From positions 1-36,760 of the IMG/VR virus record IMGVR_UViG_3300017911_000379: DNA of 36,760 bases; one strand, written 5' to 3'. Below, piece by piece: positions 18,240 to 27,140 of this stretch. Each line of letters opens with the position of its first letter. The stretch's first letter is position 1. The position numbers and the translations under genes were made by a program. The notes below the pieces were generated by a model, which worked only from the letters and a program-made list of their open reading frames with translations, made no database searches and was not told the DNA's origin. This DNA comes from a virus. Lineage: Duplodnaviria; Caudoviricetes.

Positions 18240-18267
18240 TTGTAAGTAACAGTTACTTCTGTATAAT
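18240..18267 (+). promoter_or_regulatory. Sigma70-type promoter with a palindromic spacer
   Basis: TTGTAA-16 nt-TATAAT, with AAGTAAC-A-GTTACTT at 18244-18258. Confidence 0.6.
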
Positions 18268-18300
18268 AGATGCCATACACACATAACTGAGGAGTTAAAA

Positions 18301-18693
18301 ATGTCTAAATATAGCGTAATTCACAGAGGTCTTGAGACTGTTTATAAAAGCCGTTTAATTGCTAGCCATGCCTATAGGCACAAAGTTGCTAGTTACCCTT
18401 ACCTAGATTGCAAAATGCTTGTCGATGGCAAGGTTGTGCGTGAGCATAAAGATGTCTTGCAGGGTATGGAAGTGCCTTACTATATACTGGCAACTAACAG
18501 CGGCTTAGAAGGCATACAGGATGCTGATGAGGCTACTGAAGCGTTTTTCGATGCGCGTGACCTAGCGGTTGAAGAAGGCACAGATGTAATACTGTCTAAG
18601 ATAGTGCGCGACAGAAGCCATCCAACTGGACGTGCAGAACATCGCGTACGTTCTTGGGTTTCTGAAACTGGTACAACTTTGGTGGGAGAATAA
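18301..18693 (+). CDS. Hypothetical early protein
   Basis: GAGGAG RBS, first gene after the promoter. Confidence 0.65.
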   Translation: MSKYSVIHRGLETVYKSRLIASHAYRHKVASYPYLDCKMLVDGKVVREHKDVLQGMEVPYYILATNSGLEGIQDADEATEAFFDARDLAVEEGTDVILSKIVRDRSHPTGRAEHRVRSWVSETGTTLVGE

Positions 18694-18695
18694 TA

Positions 18696-19154
18696 ATGAA
18701 AACAGCAATTTTTGGAGATGTAATAGTGCAGCTACCTGATGACTGGAGTGGCTGCATTGCAGAGCTTGAAGATAAGCTAAAAGATGCAGCAGTTTATACG
18801 TGGCTGCGTGAACACAAAACGTGGTTATATGACTGCTTTCCTGAGTGTGCATATGATGAAATGGATGCCCTCTTAGAAATTTTATACGCTGATGGCACAG
18901 ACGCTATGTTCGATGACATGATGACTGATGCTAGAGAGCGTTTTGCAGCGCAGGGTAATTCTGAAGAAAAAAGCCCTGAGTTGTTTTATGAATGTCTAGC
19001 TGTACCTAACTTTAAGAAGTACGTGCATGACGCGCAAGAATGGTTAGGTAACAAATATACCTTAGCTGAGGCATATCGTGATTCACTGTATCTGTATCTT
19101 GAGAGACGATTAGAAGATGAGATTATCAGTGAGTTTGGTAAATCTGTTCATTAG
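18696..19154 (+). CDS. Hypothetical acidic protein
   Basis: GGAG RBS, coupled to the previous gene. Confidence 0.65.
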   Translation: MKTAIFGDVIVQLPDDWSGCIAELEDKLKDAAVYTWLREHKTWLYDCFPECAYDEMDALLEILYADGTDAMFDDMMTDARERFAAQGNSEEKSPELFYECLAVPNFKKYVHDAQEWLGNKYTLAEAYRDSLYLYLERRLEDEIISEFGKSVH

Positions 19155-19163
19155 GAGATTATT

Positions 19164-19382
19164 ATGAAGCAAGCAATAAGAGTGTTAGACCACCTGCAAT
19201 CAGGTGAAACAATAACGTCACTGCACGCATTTAGAGACTTAGGCATCACTAGATTAGCTGCAGTAATTTATGACCTACGTAAAGATGGTCATTTAATCCA
19301 GAAGCGTATGATAAGCGTAAAAAATAGGTTCGATGAGAATTGTAGTGTTGCTGAGTATTATCTGGAAGGTTGTAATGGGTAA
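19164..19382 (+). CDS. Small winged-HTH protein
   Basis: RVLDHLQSGETITSLHAFRDLGITRLAAVIYDLRKDG. Confidence 0.75.
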   Translation: MKQAIRVLDHLQSGETITSLHAFRDLGITRLAAVIYDLRKDGHLIQKRMISVKNRFDENCSVAEYYLEGCNG

Positions 19383-19596
19383 GGGAAGCGCACCACGTCC
19401 CATACCAGACCAAAAACGGTATGAGGAAAACTTTGATGCAATCTTTAGAAAGGACCAGCCTAAAGATAAGCCTAAATCAAAGGCTCAACTAATGCGTGAG
19501 ATGAGAGCTAGGAGAGCTGAGCAAGGACTAAAGGAGATGCGTATTTGGGTCACTGAAGAAGAATGTGTCAAGATTAATTCCATTTTGAATAAATAG
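19375..19596 (+). CDS. Hypothetical protein, possibly ribbon-helix-helix-like C-terminus
   Basis: MGKGSAPRP...YEENFDAIF...RARRAEQGLKEMRIWV. Start set at ATG 19375. Confidence 0.55.
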   Translation: MGKGSAPRPIPDQKRYEENFDAIFRKDQPKDKPKSKAQLMREMRARRAEQGLKEMRIWVTEEECVKINSILNK

Positions 19597-19630
19597 TATA
19601 TACTAGTGCCTAAAACTAGCGAGGTTAGCT

Positions 19631-20401
19631 ATGACTAGGCACTTAGTGATACCAGATACGCAAGTAAAACCAGACCAGCCTATCGAGCATCTTCGGTGGG
19701 CTGGCTTGTATGCAGCTGAAAAGAAACCAGACGTTATCATTCATATAGGTGACCACTGGGATATGCCATCACTTTCAGGCTTTGATGTTAACAAGAAGAG
19801 CTATGAAGGCAGAAGGTATATTAGGGACGTAGAGGCTGGCATACGTGGCATGGAAGCATTTCTAAAACCTATTAAGGACGAACAGAAGCGCCTTATTCAC
19901 AACAAAAAAAAGCAGTGGAACCCACGGCTCATATTCACACTAGGCAACCATGAACAGCGCATAGAGCGCGCTATTGAGTCAGACGCTAAGTTAGACGGTC
20001 TTATTGGCTACGATGACCTTAGACTCGAAGATATGGGCTTTGAGGTGTATGATTTCTTAGAGGTAGTAGTTGTAGATGGTATTTGTTATAGCCATTACTT
20101 CACTAGTGGTATTATGGGGCGACCTGTATCGAGCGCTAAACGACTTTTGGCTACACAGTATCAATCCTGTGTGATGGGTCATGTGCAGGACCGTGATATA
20201 GCTTATGGGCGCAGAGCAGATGGTCACAGTATGCTAGGCTTGTTTGCTGGCATATACTACCAACATGATGAAGATTATTTAACGCCACAGACTAATGGCT
20301 CATGGCGTGGAATATGGCTGCTTAATGAAGTAGACGATGGCAATTGTGACGAGCTGCCAGTTTCTATCAACTACCTACGCAATAAGTATGAGGGTAAGTG
20401 A
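19631..20401 (+). CDS. Calcineurin-like metallophosphoesterase
   Basis: IPDTQ, IGDHWD, LGNHE, SHY and MGHVQ motifs. Confidence 0.85.
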   Translation: MTRHLVIPDTQVKPDQPIEHLRWAGLYAAEKKPDVIIHIGDHWDMPSLSGFDVNKKSYEGRRYIRDVEAGIRGMEAFLKPIKDEQKRLIHNKKKQWNPRLIFTLGNHEQRIERAIESDAKLDGLIGYDDLRLEDMGFEVYDFLEVVVVDGICYSHYFTSGIMGRPVSSAKRLLATQYQSCVMGHVQDRDIAYGRRADGHSMLGLFAGIYYQHDEDYLTPQTNGSWRGIWLLNEVDDGNCDELPVSINYLRNKYEGK

Positions 20402-20613
20402 TGAAGAGCGCATTGAAGAAACAAGAAGGCGGTAAGCATTACGATATGCCTATACAGCCTATTGAGTACATAACAAAGAACAAGCTGCCATACATAGAGG
20501 GCAACATTATCAAATATGCTTCTAGACACAAAAACAAAAATGGAGCTGAAGATATCAAAAAGATTATCCATTATTGTGAGCTGTTGTTAGAGTTAGAGTA
20601 CGGACTCAAATAG
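20401..20613 (+). CDS. DUF3310-family protein (T7 gp1.7-like)
   Basis: QEGGKHY..IQPIEYI...EGNIIKYASR...EDIKKIIHY. Confidence 0.8.
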   Translation: MKSALKKQEGGKHYDMPIQPIEYITKNKLPYIEGNIIKYASRHKNKNGAEDIKKIIHYCELLLELEYGLK

Positions 20614-20627
20614 GATATAATCGGCAC

Positions 20628-20795
20628 ATGATTAGAGTTACTATAGATGACGATATACATGAAGCCGACCTAGAGTTGATTAACGACTTCGCACAGGCAA
20701 TCTCAGACCGTGATTCACTGTTGTTGGAAGAAGTGGTATATTTAGCGCAGCAGCGGATTGAGAAATCCTATGAAGAAATAGACGTAAGGATATAG
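20628..20795 (+). CDS. 55-aa acidic protein (not in ORF track), possibly leaderless
   Basis: MIRVTIDDDIHEADLELINDFAQAISDRDSLLLEEVVYLAQQRIEKSYEEIDVRI. ATG lies 6 nt after TATAAT and the ORF fills the gap before terS. Confidence 0.6.
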   Translation: MIRVTIDDDIHEADLELINDFAQAISDRDSLLLEEVVYLAQQRIEKSYEEIDVRI

Positions 20796-20796
20796 A

Positions 20797-21216
20797 GTGC
20801 GACCAAGTACATTTACATCAGAGTTAGGCGATGACATCTGCAGACGATTAGCAGCTGGCGAGAGTGCTAGACAAATCTGTAGGGATGAAGGTATGCCTGC
20901 TATGAGCACGTTAATGAAGTGGCTGAATGATAGTGACAAAGTACAGTTTTCGGAGCAGTACGCGCGCGCGAGGGACTGTCAGGCAGACTTTTACGCAGAC
21001 GAGATTATAGATATTGCTGACGAGCTGTCAGATGTAGCAGAACCTACAGAGCTGGCTAAAGCCAAACTACGTATTGATTCACGTAAGTGGAAGGTAGCTA
21101 GAATGGCTCCACGTAAGTATGGCGATAAGCAGCAGATAGACCACACATCATCAGACGATACTTTCAAACCCACAGTTGTAAAGTTGGTAGCTGAGTATGA
21201 TAAAGGAAGAGACTGA
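20797..21216 (+). CDS. terS: Terminase small subunit
   Basis: ICRRLAAGESARQIC...FSEQYARAR...DEIIDIAD...LRIDSRKWKVARMAPRKYGDK (Sf6-like). Confidence 0.88.
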   Translation: MRPSTFTSELGDDICRRLAAGESARQICRDEGMPAMSTLMKWLNDSDKVQFSEQYARARDCQADFYADEIIDIADELSDVAEPTELAKAKLRIDSRKWKVARMAPRKYGDKQQIDHTSSDDTFKPTVVKLVAEYDKGRD

Positions 21217-22495
21217 AGAGGTCACAACCACTGTTAAGCTGCCACATAAGATTGTAGAAATCTTTGAAGGTGAAGCCAGATACAGGTGTGCTTATGGTGG
21301 TAGAGGGTCAGCTAAGACACGGTCCTTCGCATTAATGACAGCAGTACGTGGTTATACATGGGCAATGGAAGGCAAGCAGGGACAAATACTCTGTGCGCGT
21401 GAGCACCTAAACTCTCTCGATGAATCATCCTTAGAAGAAGTTAAATCAGCTATACGTGGTGTAGACTTCTTGAATGACTTCTATGAGCTGGGCGAGAAAT
21501 ACATAAGGTCTAAGTGTGGACGTATCAACTATGTGTTCTCTGGTCTAAGACGCAACCTAGACTCTATTAAATCAAAAGCACGTATAATTCTTTGCTGGGT
21601 AGATGAGGCAGAAGGTGTATCTGACACTGCATGGCAGAAGCTCATACCAACGGTCCGTGAAGATAACTCTGAGATATGGGTAACATGGAACCCTGAGACA
21701 AAACATTCAGCTACGCACAGAAGGTTTAGAGTACATCCGCCACAGGATATGAAGATTGCTGAGATTAATTGGCGAGACAATCCATACTTCCCTGAGGTGC
21801 TAGAAAAGGAAAGGCAGCAAGACAAGATAAACAGACCTGACCTGTATGACCATATATGGGAAGGGCAGATGCTTATTCATGCAGAGGGCGCTTACTACGC
21901 TGTAGAAATGCGTGAGGCTACACATAATGAGCGCATGACTAACGTGCCCTACGACAGCTCTGTTGGCGTTATAACGGCTTGGGACTTAGGGATGGGTGAT
22001 AGCACTAGCATATGGTTTGCACAGATGGTAGGGGCAGAGGTAAGGCTTATAGACTACTATGAGAGTAGCGGTGTAGGTCTAGACCATTACGCTAGAGTCT
22101 TGAATGAAAAGGGCTACATCTACGACCAGCACATACTGCCACACGATGTAAGGGTCAGGGAGTTGGGCTCAGGTAGAAGTAGATTAGAGACATTAGACAG
22201 CTTGGGGGTGCGACCAGTACAGATTGCACCACAGTTAAATGTTGATGATGGCATACAGGCAGTAAGGAGTATGCTAGGACGCTGCTGGTTTGATGCTGAG
22301 AAGTGCGAGCGTGGCATTGATGCATTGAGACAGTACAGGCGTGAATACGATGAGAAGGGCATGACGTGGCGCTCACGACCATTGCATGATTGGACTAGTC
22401 ACTGTGCTGATGCTATGAGGTATCTGGCTATAGGTTACAGACCCACATCGAACTGGGGTGAACCTATCAGACGAAACCTTCAAGGCATAGTCTAA
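21197..22495 (+). CDS. terL: Terminase large subunit
   Basis: Walker A YGGRGSAKT, Walker B CWVDEAE, coupling motif TWNP, nuclease motifs AWDLG and SHCADAMRY. Confidence 0.93.
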   Translation: MIKEETEEVTTTVKLPHKIVEIFEGEARYRCAYGGRGSAKTRSFALMTAVRGYTWAMEGKQGQILCAREHLNSLDESSLEEVKSAIRGVDFLNDFYELGEKYIRSKCGRINYVFSGLRRNLDSIKSKARIILCWVDEAEGVSDTAWQKLIPTVREDNSEIWVTWNPETKHSATHRRFRVHPPQDMKIAEINWRDNPYFPEVLEKERQQDKINRPDLYDHIWEGQMLIHAEGAYYAVEMREATHNERMTNVPYDSSVGVITAWDLGMGDSTSIWFAQMVGAEVRLIDYYESSGVGLDHYARVLNEKGYIYDQHILPHDVRVRELGSGRSRLETLDSLGVRPVQIAPQLNVDDGIQAVRSMLGRCWFDAEKCERGIDALRQYRREYDEKGMTWRSRPLHDWTSHCADAMRYLAIGYRPTSNWGEPIRRNLQGIV

Positions 22496-22498
22496 AAG

Positions 22499-22507
22499 TG
22501 TTATAAT
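22499..22507 (+). promoter_or_regulatory. Extended -10 promoter (TGtTATAAT)
   Basis: Perfect TGnTATAAT directly after the terL stop. Confidence 0.6.
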
Positions 22508-22532
22508 CAGCCGCTAATTAACAGGGGTTTTT

Positions 22533-25500
22533 ATGAGTTTATTTGGTTTAGGCAAAAGAGGCGAGCAACTAGCAAAAGGTATCATTGAGCTCATTAATGA
22601 ATCTGTACCTGCGAAGCAATACATACAGCAAGGCACTAACCCTGAAAATCTAGTCGCACAAGGCTTACTAGCGCCAGAGCAAATAGACAACATTAGAGCA
22701 GTGCAAGGCGCTCAAAATCGGTATCTTAAACATTCGCTAGAGTCACCAGAGTTTTTAAGGCGAGAGCTAGGTTATCAAAGCAGCCCAACAGTTACTACGC
22801 AGATACCGCAGCCACCACGCAACATCATCATGCCTGAAGATTTAGAGGGCATGGCAATAAAGTCACATCTTGGCGATAGAACAGTAACAGACAAATCCAT
22901 TGAAAGTATAGGTGGAGTTGATTTGCCTGTGCCAGTGCAAAGTAGAGGTGGCGTTGGCTATGGAAGCAGCCCATTAACTCCAACAGCTAATTATTGGGGC
23001 TCTAATTTAAGCGCAGCACAATCATTGCAGAACGCAGCAGAAGGCATAGAAGGTCTACTAGATATGCCAGTAGTAGGCGCATATTCTGCTATGGGCAGAG
23101 AAGGCAACTTTTTTAATCAGGCATTCGCAGATGCGTTGCAACAGCAGGTAAATGCTATAGATTTGCCTCAAGAGGCTATAGACCACTTTGATAACGCCAT
23201 GCGAACACTTCATGGTAGAAAAGACTGGGTTGGCTTGAGACATCCAGATGCTAGAAAACAATTGTTAGGAACAGATGGCTATCCACAGAAAGGAGCTGGT
23301 AAGCTGCGGAGTGCTTATGTGCAACAAATGGACAAAGCTGCTTATAAAAATCAAGGCTTTCCATTGCTGCAGCCATTAATGAAGGAGTTTATAGAGCCAG
23401 ACCTTGCTAATGTGAACGTAGGTGACTCTGGTTACATAATGGGGCAAATTGGTAAAGACTTTGGTTTATCTCCTACTGCAAATCATCCATCATATGATAC
23501 AGGCATTATGGGGCGCGTAATAGGTGGCTTTCCAGTAAGCGTACCAAGTAGAGTTATGTATCCTGATGCTTACAAGATATTAGACAAGGCTAAAACTACA
23601 GCAGGCGAAAACTACACTGCTGCACAAATGATTAATGCATTAGCAGTTAGGCATGATATGTACCAAATAGCTACGCCTAAGTGGGTTGACAGTGTGTCTG
23701 AATGGATTAGAAAAAACCCTAAAGGCTCAGCAAAAGCATTAATGATGGCGGTGGGTATGCCTATAGCATTAGGCTCATCAGAGCAAGTTGATGCAGCTAT
23801 CATACCTAAATTAGCAAAAACTACTCAGCGAGCTAACACCGTGCCAACCGCTAAAGCAGCGGATGCGTATCTTGAGAAGCAAGGCGCAAAAGGCAGGTCT
23901 ATAGATTATGGTGCAGGCTTTGGTATTAATGCTAAGGCAATCGACTATGATGATACGTTTGAGCCATTTGCAGAAGAAGGCTTCACGCCAACGTATGCTA
24001 ACTCTGCAGATATACCTGAGAACACGTATGGCAAGCTGGTAAGCACTAATGTACTTAACGTCATACCGCCTGATTTACGTGATGACGCAGTGTTGAGCAT
24101 TGGTAAAATACTAGAGCCTAACGGCATGGCTGTTATCCAGACGCGCTCAGCTAGCGCTGTTAACGAACTGAAGAAGTCTAAGACAGCTATCCCACAAGAT
24201 GAGCCAGCATCATTCCTGACAAGTAAAGGGTCGTATCAAAAAGGGTTTACACGCGATGAGCTGCAAGGTTATGTGCAGGGCTTGCTAGGCGATAACTTTG
24301 ATGTACAGAAGGTGCCAGCGAAAGACATACCCAACGGTTCGGCTATATCAGTGAAGAAGCTAAGCCAAGCTGCACCATTAGTTGTTGGCGGTGGGCTACT
24401 TGCTGGTGAGGATGCAGAAGCAGCTATAGTGCCATCAGCGCTCAGGTCTATAGCATTAGATGCAATGGCTGACGTACCACGTAAGAAGCCAACCTCATAC
24501 ACTGGCTGGAAGAAAGCATTAAACAAAGCTGGCATCAAAGATGATGAGCTAAAACAGATGGGCTTTAAGCGTGAGTTTGAGTTTAGGCAACGAGCACAAG
24601 ATATCACTAGGAAAGAGGTAGAGGACTTCTTGGCTGACAACCAGTACAACATCAGGGAAGAAACGCTTGGGCAGACAAAGTCGTATGGCGAGGTTGTATA
24701 TGACCCAGAGCTAAATACTTACAACGCAGAAATGCCATTCATTAGTGACAACGAAACTTTTCATACAAGAGAAGCAGCTGAGGCGTATGTTGCGCGCAAC
24801 CCAGAGATAATGACTGACTATCAATATGGTCCATATACTCTCACTGGTGCTGAGGGCAATAACTACCGTGAGATATTACTTATGGATGGTCCAGAAGCTG
24901 ATAAGTATGAGGCTCTTACAGATGAAATGCTCAGATTAGAAAATGAAATAACCGATGGTATGGGCGCTCCAAGAGGATATCTTAGTAGAGATGTTTTAAT
25001 GGAATTTGAAGATGGCACTGAGTTTAAAAAGCAATTTGACAGGCTGCAAGAAGTGCGCGCAGAAAGAAACAGACTAGCACAACCATTTATACATCGGCAC
25101 TATGACGATAAAGAAAACATACTGACACATTTGCGTGTTGCAGACCGTGACCTTGAAGATGGCAGCAGCACTTTGATGGTAGAAGAGATACAGTCAGACT
25201 TGCATCAGCGTGGGCAAGAGTATGGCTATGCTAAGCCAAATGCCTTAGAAGATATTACTAAGCAGATAAATGAAGTTAATGACCAAATAAACGCATTGAA
25301 GCAAAGCTCAGTCACACAATGGGCTGAAAAAAATATGCCTGAAGTGTACAAAAGAGCGTATGGTTTTGATGGTGACTTAACAGCAGACCAGTTTCTTGCA
25401 TTGCGGAAAAAGATGGAAAATGCGTTTGAAGAGGACTATAAAAAGCGTACAGGCAAGGATAGAAATGCAGAGTTTGAGAGGCTAGCGGATTTAAAAGACA

Positions 25501-26378
25501 GCTTAAAAGAGCGTAGACTAAAAACTATGAATGCTGCACCAGATATGCCATTCAAGTCTGATGACAAGTCTAGCTGGTATGACTTAGCATTTAAGCGCTC
25601 ACTGATGGAAGCAGCCGAAGGTGACTACGACAGCATATCATTTACTACTGGGCAGCAGCAGGTAGACAGATATGGTGAGTCTGCAGAGGGCGGTGTTAAA
25701 AAATTCTATGATGTAACATTACCTAACCACATTAACAAGTGGGCTAAACAATATGGCGTAAAGCTTGAGCGTAAGCCTATAAGAGTTGGTGAGAAAGATT
25801 ACAGTATTGAACAATACGATGACGAAACGTACTTTGTTCGCGATGAGGAAGGTAATCACATTGAAGATTTTGATATGTATTCTGAAGCAGAAAACTACAT
25901 AAAAAATCAGGTAGATGTGCAAGACGTATACACACTGAAGATACCTGAGAAGATGCGTAAGGATATACGCGAGAAAGGTATGCCATTGTTTGCACAGACA
26001 GGTTTAACTATTGGGGGTGCAACAGCTGCAAGTGGTTTGTTATCGCCTAAGGCGCAAGCACAGGAAGAAAGCAAAGCTAGGAAGGAGATGACGCGCAAAG
26101 AAAGACGCGACACACCGCCTAGCCAGAACCTGTTAGATTATGCAACAGACAGGTCGCGCAGAGCTGTAGGTGAAATGGGGCTAGGACTGTTACAGGGAAT
26201 AGGCGAAGGTGCTGATTTCTTCAAGCCTGCAAACTTAGCAGCTATGTATTTTGGGCTGCCACAAGTTAGTACAACTGGTCAGGATATAATGAAGCCACTT
26301 ACTGATAAGAGCTTCTTAGAAGAAGATGAAGGCAAGCAAGCAGCTAGATTAATAGGCTCTTTGTTAAGCCCTATTTGA
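22533..26378 (+). CDS. Large modular (polyvalent-type) protein with a SAM-dependent methyltransferase domain
   Basis: 1281 aa. IDYGAGFG (about aa 457) and STNVLNVI are MTase motifs. HLRV...VEEIQSDLHQ (about aa 884) is a motif I recognise from phage large polyvalent proteins. Repeated linkers separate the modules. Confidence 0.65.
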   Translation: MSLFGLGKRGEQLAKGIIELINESVPAKQYIQQGTNPENLVAQGLLAPEQIDNIRAVQGAQNRYLKHSLESPEFLRRELGYQSSPTVTTQIPQPPRNIIMPEDLEGMAIKSHLGDRTVTDKSIESIGGVDLPVPVQSRGGVGYGSSPLTPTANYWGSNLSAAQSLQNAAEGIEGLLDMPVVGAYSAMGREGNFFNQAFADALQQQVNAIDLPQEAIDHFDNAMRTLHGRKDWVGLRHPDARKQLLGTDGYPQKGAGKLRSAYVQQMDKAAYKNQGFPLLQPLMKEFIEPDLANVNVGDSGYIMGQIGKDFGLSPTANHPSYDTGIMGRVIGGFPVSVPSRVMYPDAYKILDKAKTTAGENYTAAQMINALAVRHDMYQIATPKWVDSVSEWIRKNPKGSAKALMMAVGMPIALGSSEQVDAAIIPKLAKTTQRANTVPTAKAADAYLEKQGAKGRSIDYGAGFGINAKAIDYDDTFEPFAEEGFTPTYANSADIPENTYGKLVSTNVLNVIPPDLRDDAVLSIGKILEPNGMAVIQTRSASAVNELKKSKTAIPQDEPASFLTSKGSYQKGFTRDELQGYVQGLLGDNFDVQKVPAKDIPNGSAISVKKLSQAAPLVVGGGLLAGEDAEAAIVPSALRSIALDAMADVPRKKPTSYTGWKKALNKAGIKDDELKQMGFKREFEFRQRAQDITRKEVEDFLADNQYNIREETLGQTKSYGEVVYDPELNTYNAEMPFISDNETFHTREAAEAYVARNPEIMTDYQYGPYTLTGAEGNNYREILLMDGPEADKYEALTDEMLRLENEITDGMGAPRGYLSRDVLMEFEDGTEFKKQFDRLQEVRAERNRLAQPFIHRHYDDKENILTHLRVADRDLEDGSSTLMVEEIQSDLHQRGQEYGYAKPNALEDITKQINEVNDQINALKQSSVTQWAEKNMPEVYKRAYGFDGDLTADQFLALRKKMENAFEEDYKKRTGKDRNAEFERLADLKDSLKERRLKTMNAAPDMPFKSDDKSSWYDLAFKRSLMEAAEGDYDSISFTTGQQQVDRYGESAEGGVKKFYDVTLPNHINKWAKQYGVKLERKPIRVGEKDYSIEQYDDETYFVRDEEGNHIEDFDMYSEAENYIKNQVDVQDVYTLKIPEKMRKDIREKGMPLFAQTGLTIGGATAASGLLSPKAQAQEESKARKEMTRKERRDTPPSQNLLDYATDRSRRAVGEMGLGLLQGIGEGADFFKPANLAAMYFGLPQVSTTGQDIMKPLTDKSFLEEDEGKQAARLIGSLLSPI

Positions 26379-26412
26379 TAAATTATTTTAACAACAGTGA
26401 CACCCATAAATT

Positions 26413-26421
26413 TGTTATAAT
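26413..26421 (+). promoter_or_regulatory. Extended -10 promoter (TGtTATAAT)
   Basis: Perfect TGnTATAAT before the adaptor gene. Confidence 0.6.
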
Positions 26422-26444
26422 CGGCTGACTTACTGGAGCCAATA

Positions 26445-27137
26445 ATGTCAATATCAACATTTGCAGAGTTAAAGAGCAGTATTGCTGATTTTCTTAACAG
26501 GTCAGACTTAACTACTGTTATACCGTCATTTATTAGTCTTGCTGAAGCTCAGATTAACCGTGATGTGCGTCATTGGAAGATGTCAAAAGTCACGTCAGTT
26601 AGTTTTGCTACAGGGCAAAAATCAGCAGGTATGCCAGCAGACTGGCTAGAAACAAGCCACGCAGAATGGACATATAATTCAGACTTGTACAGACAATACC
26701 CTTTAGAATACTCATCTGGAACAACAGTGCGAGAACGGCATAATAATTCTGATGACCGCCAAGCAAGACCTACACAATTTTATCACGTAGGCGGTTCAGG
26801 CAGTATAGCGCTTTCATTATACCCAAGCCCTGATGCTGCAGGGTCTGTATTTCTAACTCACACAGAAAAGGTTCCTGCACTGTCTGACAGCGCAACTACA
26901 AACTGGCTGCTTTCAGATGCACCTGATGTATATTTATACGGTTCTTTACTGCACGCTGCACCATATCTGCAAGAAGATAACAGGGTGAATGTATGGGCAC
27001 AATTATATGGCGCTGCAGTTAAGCAGCTTAATGAATCGTCAGACAAGGCTAAATACTCATCTGACAGTTTAGGCATGAGAAAGCTAGGCTTAGATACTAG
27101 CGCGTCTAAACGAGCAAACCACGTACGCTGGAGCTAA
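26445..27137 (+). CDS. Head-tail adaptor protein
   Basis: ISTFAELKSSIADFLNRSDLT..IPSFISLAEA...TNWLLSDAPDVYLYGSLLHAAPYL. Confidence 0.75.
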   Translation: MSISTFAELKSSIADFLNRSDLTTVIPSFISLAEAQINRDVRHWKMSKVTSVSFATGQKSAGMPADWLETSHAEWTYNSDLYRQYPLEYSSGTTVRERHNNSDDRQARPTQFYHVGGSGSIALSLYPSPDAAGSVFLTHTEKVPALSDSATTNWLLSDAPDVYLYGSLLHAAPYLQEDNRVNVWAQLYGAAVKQLNESSDKAKYSSDSLGMRKLGLDTSASKRANHVRWS

Positions 27138-27140
27138 AAC

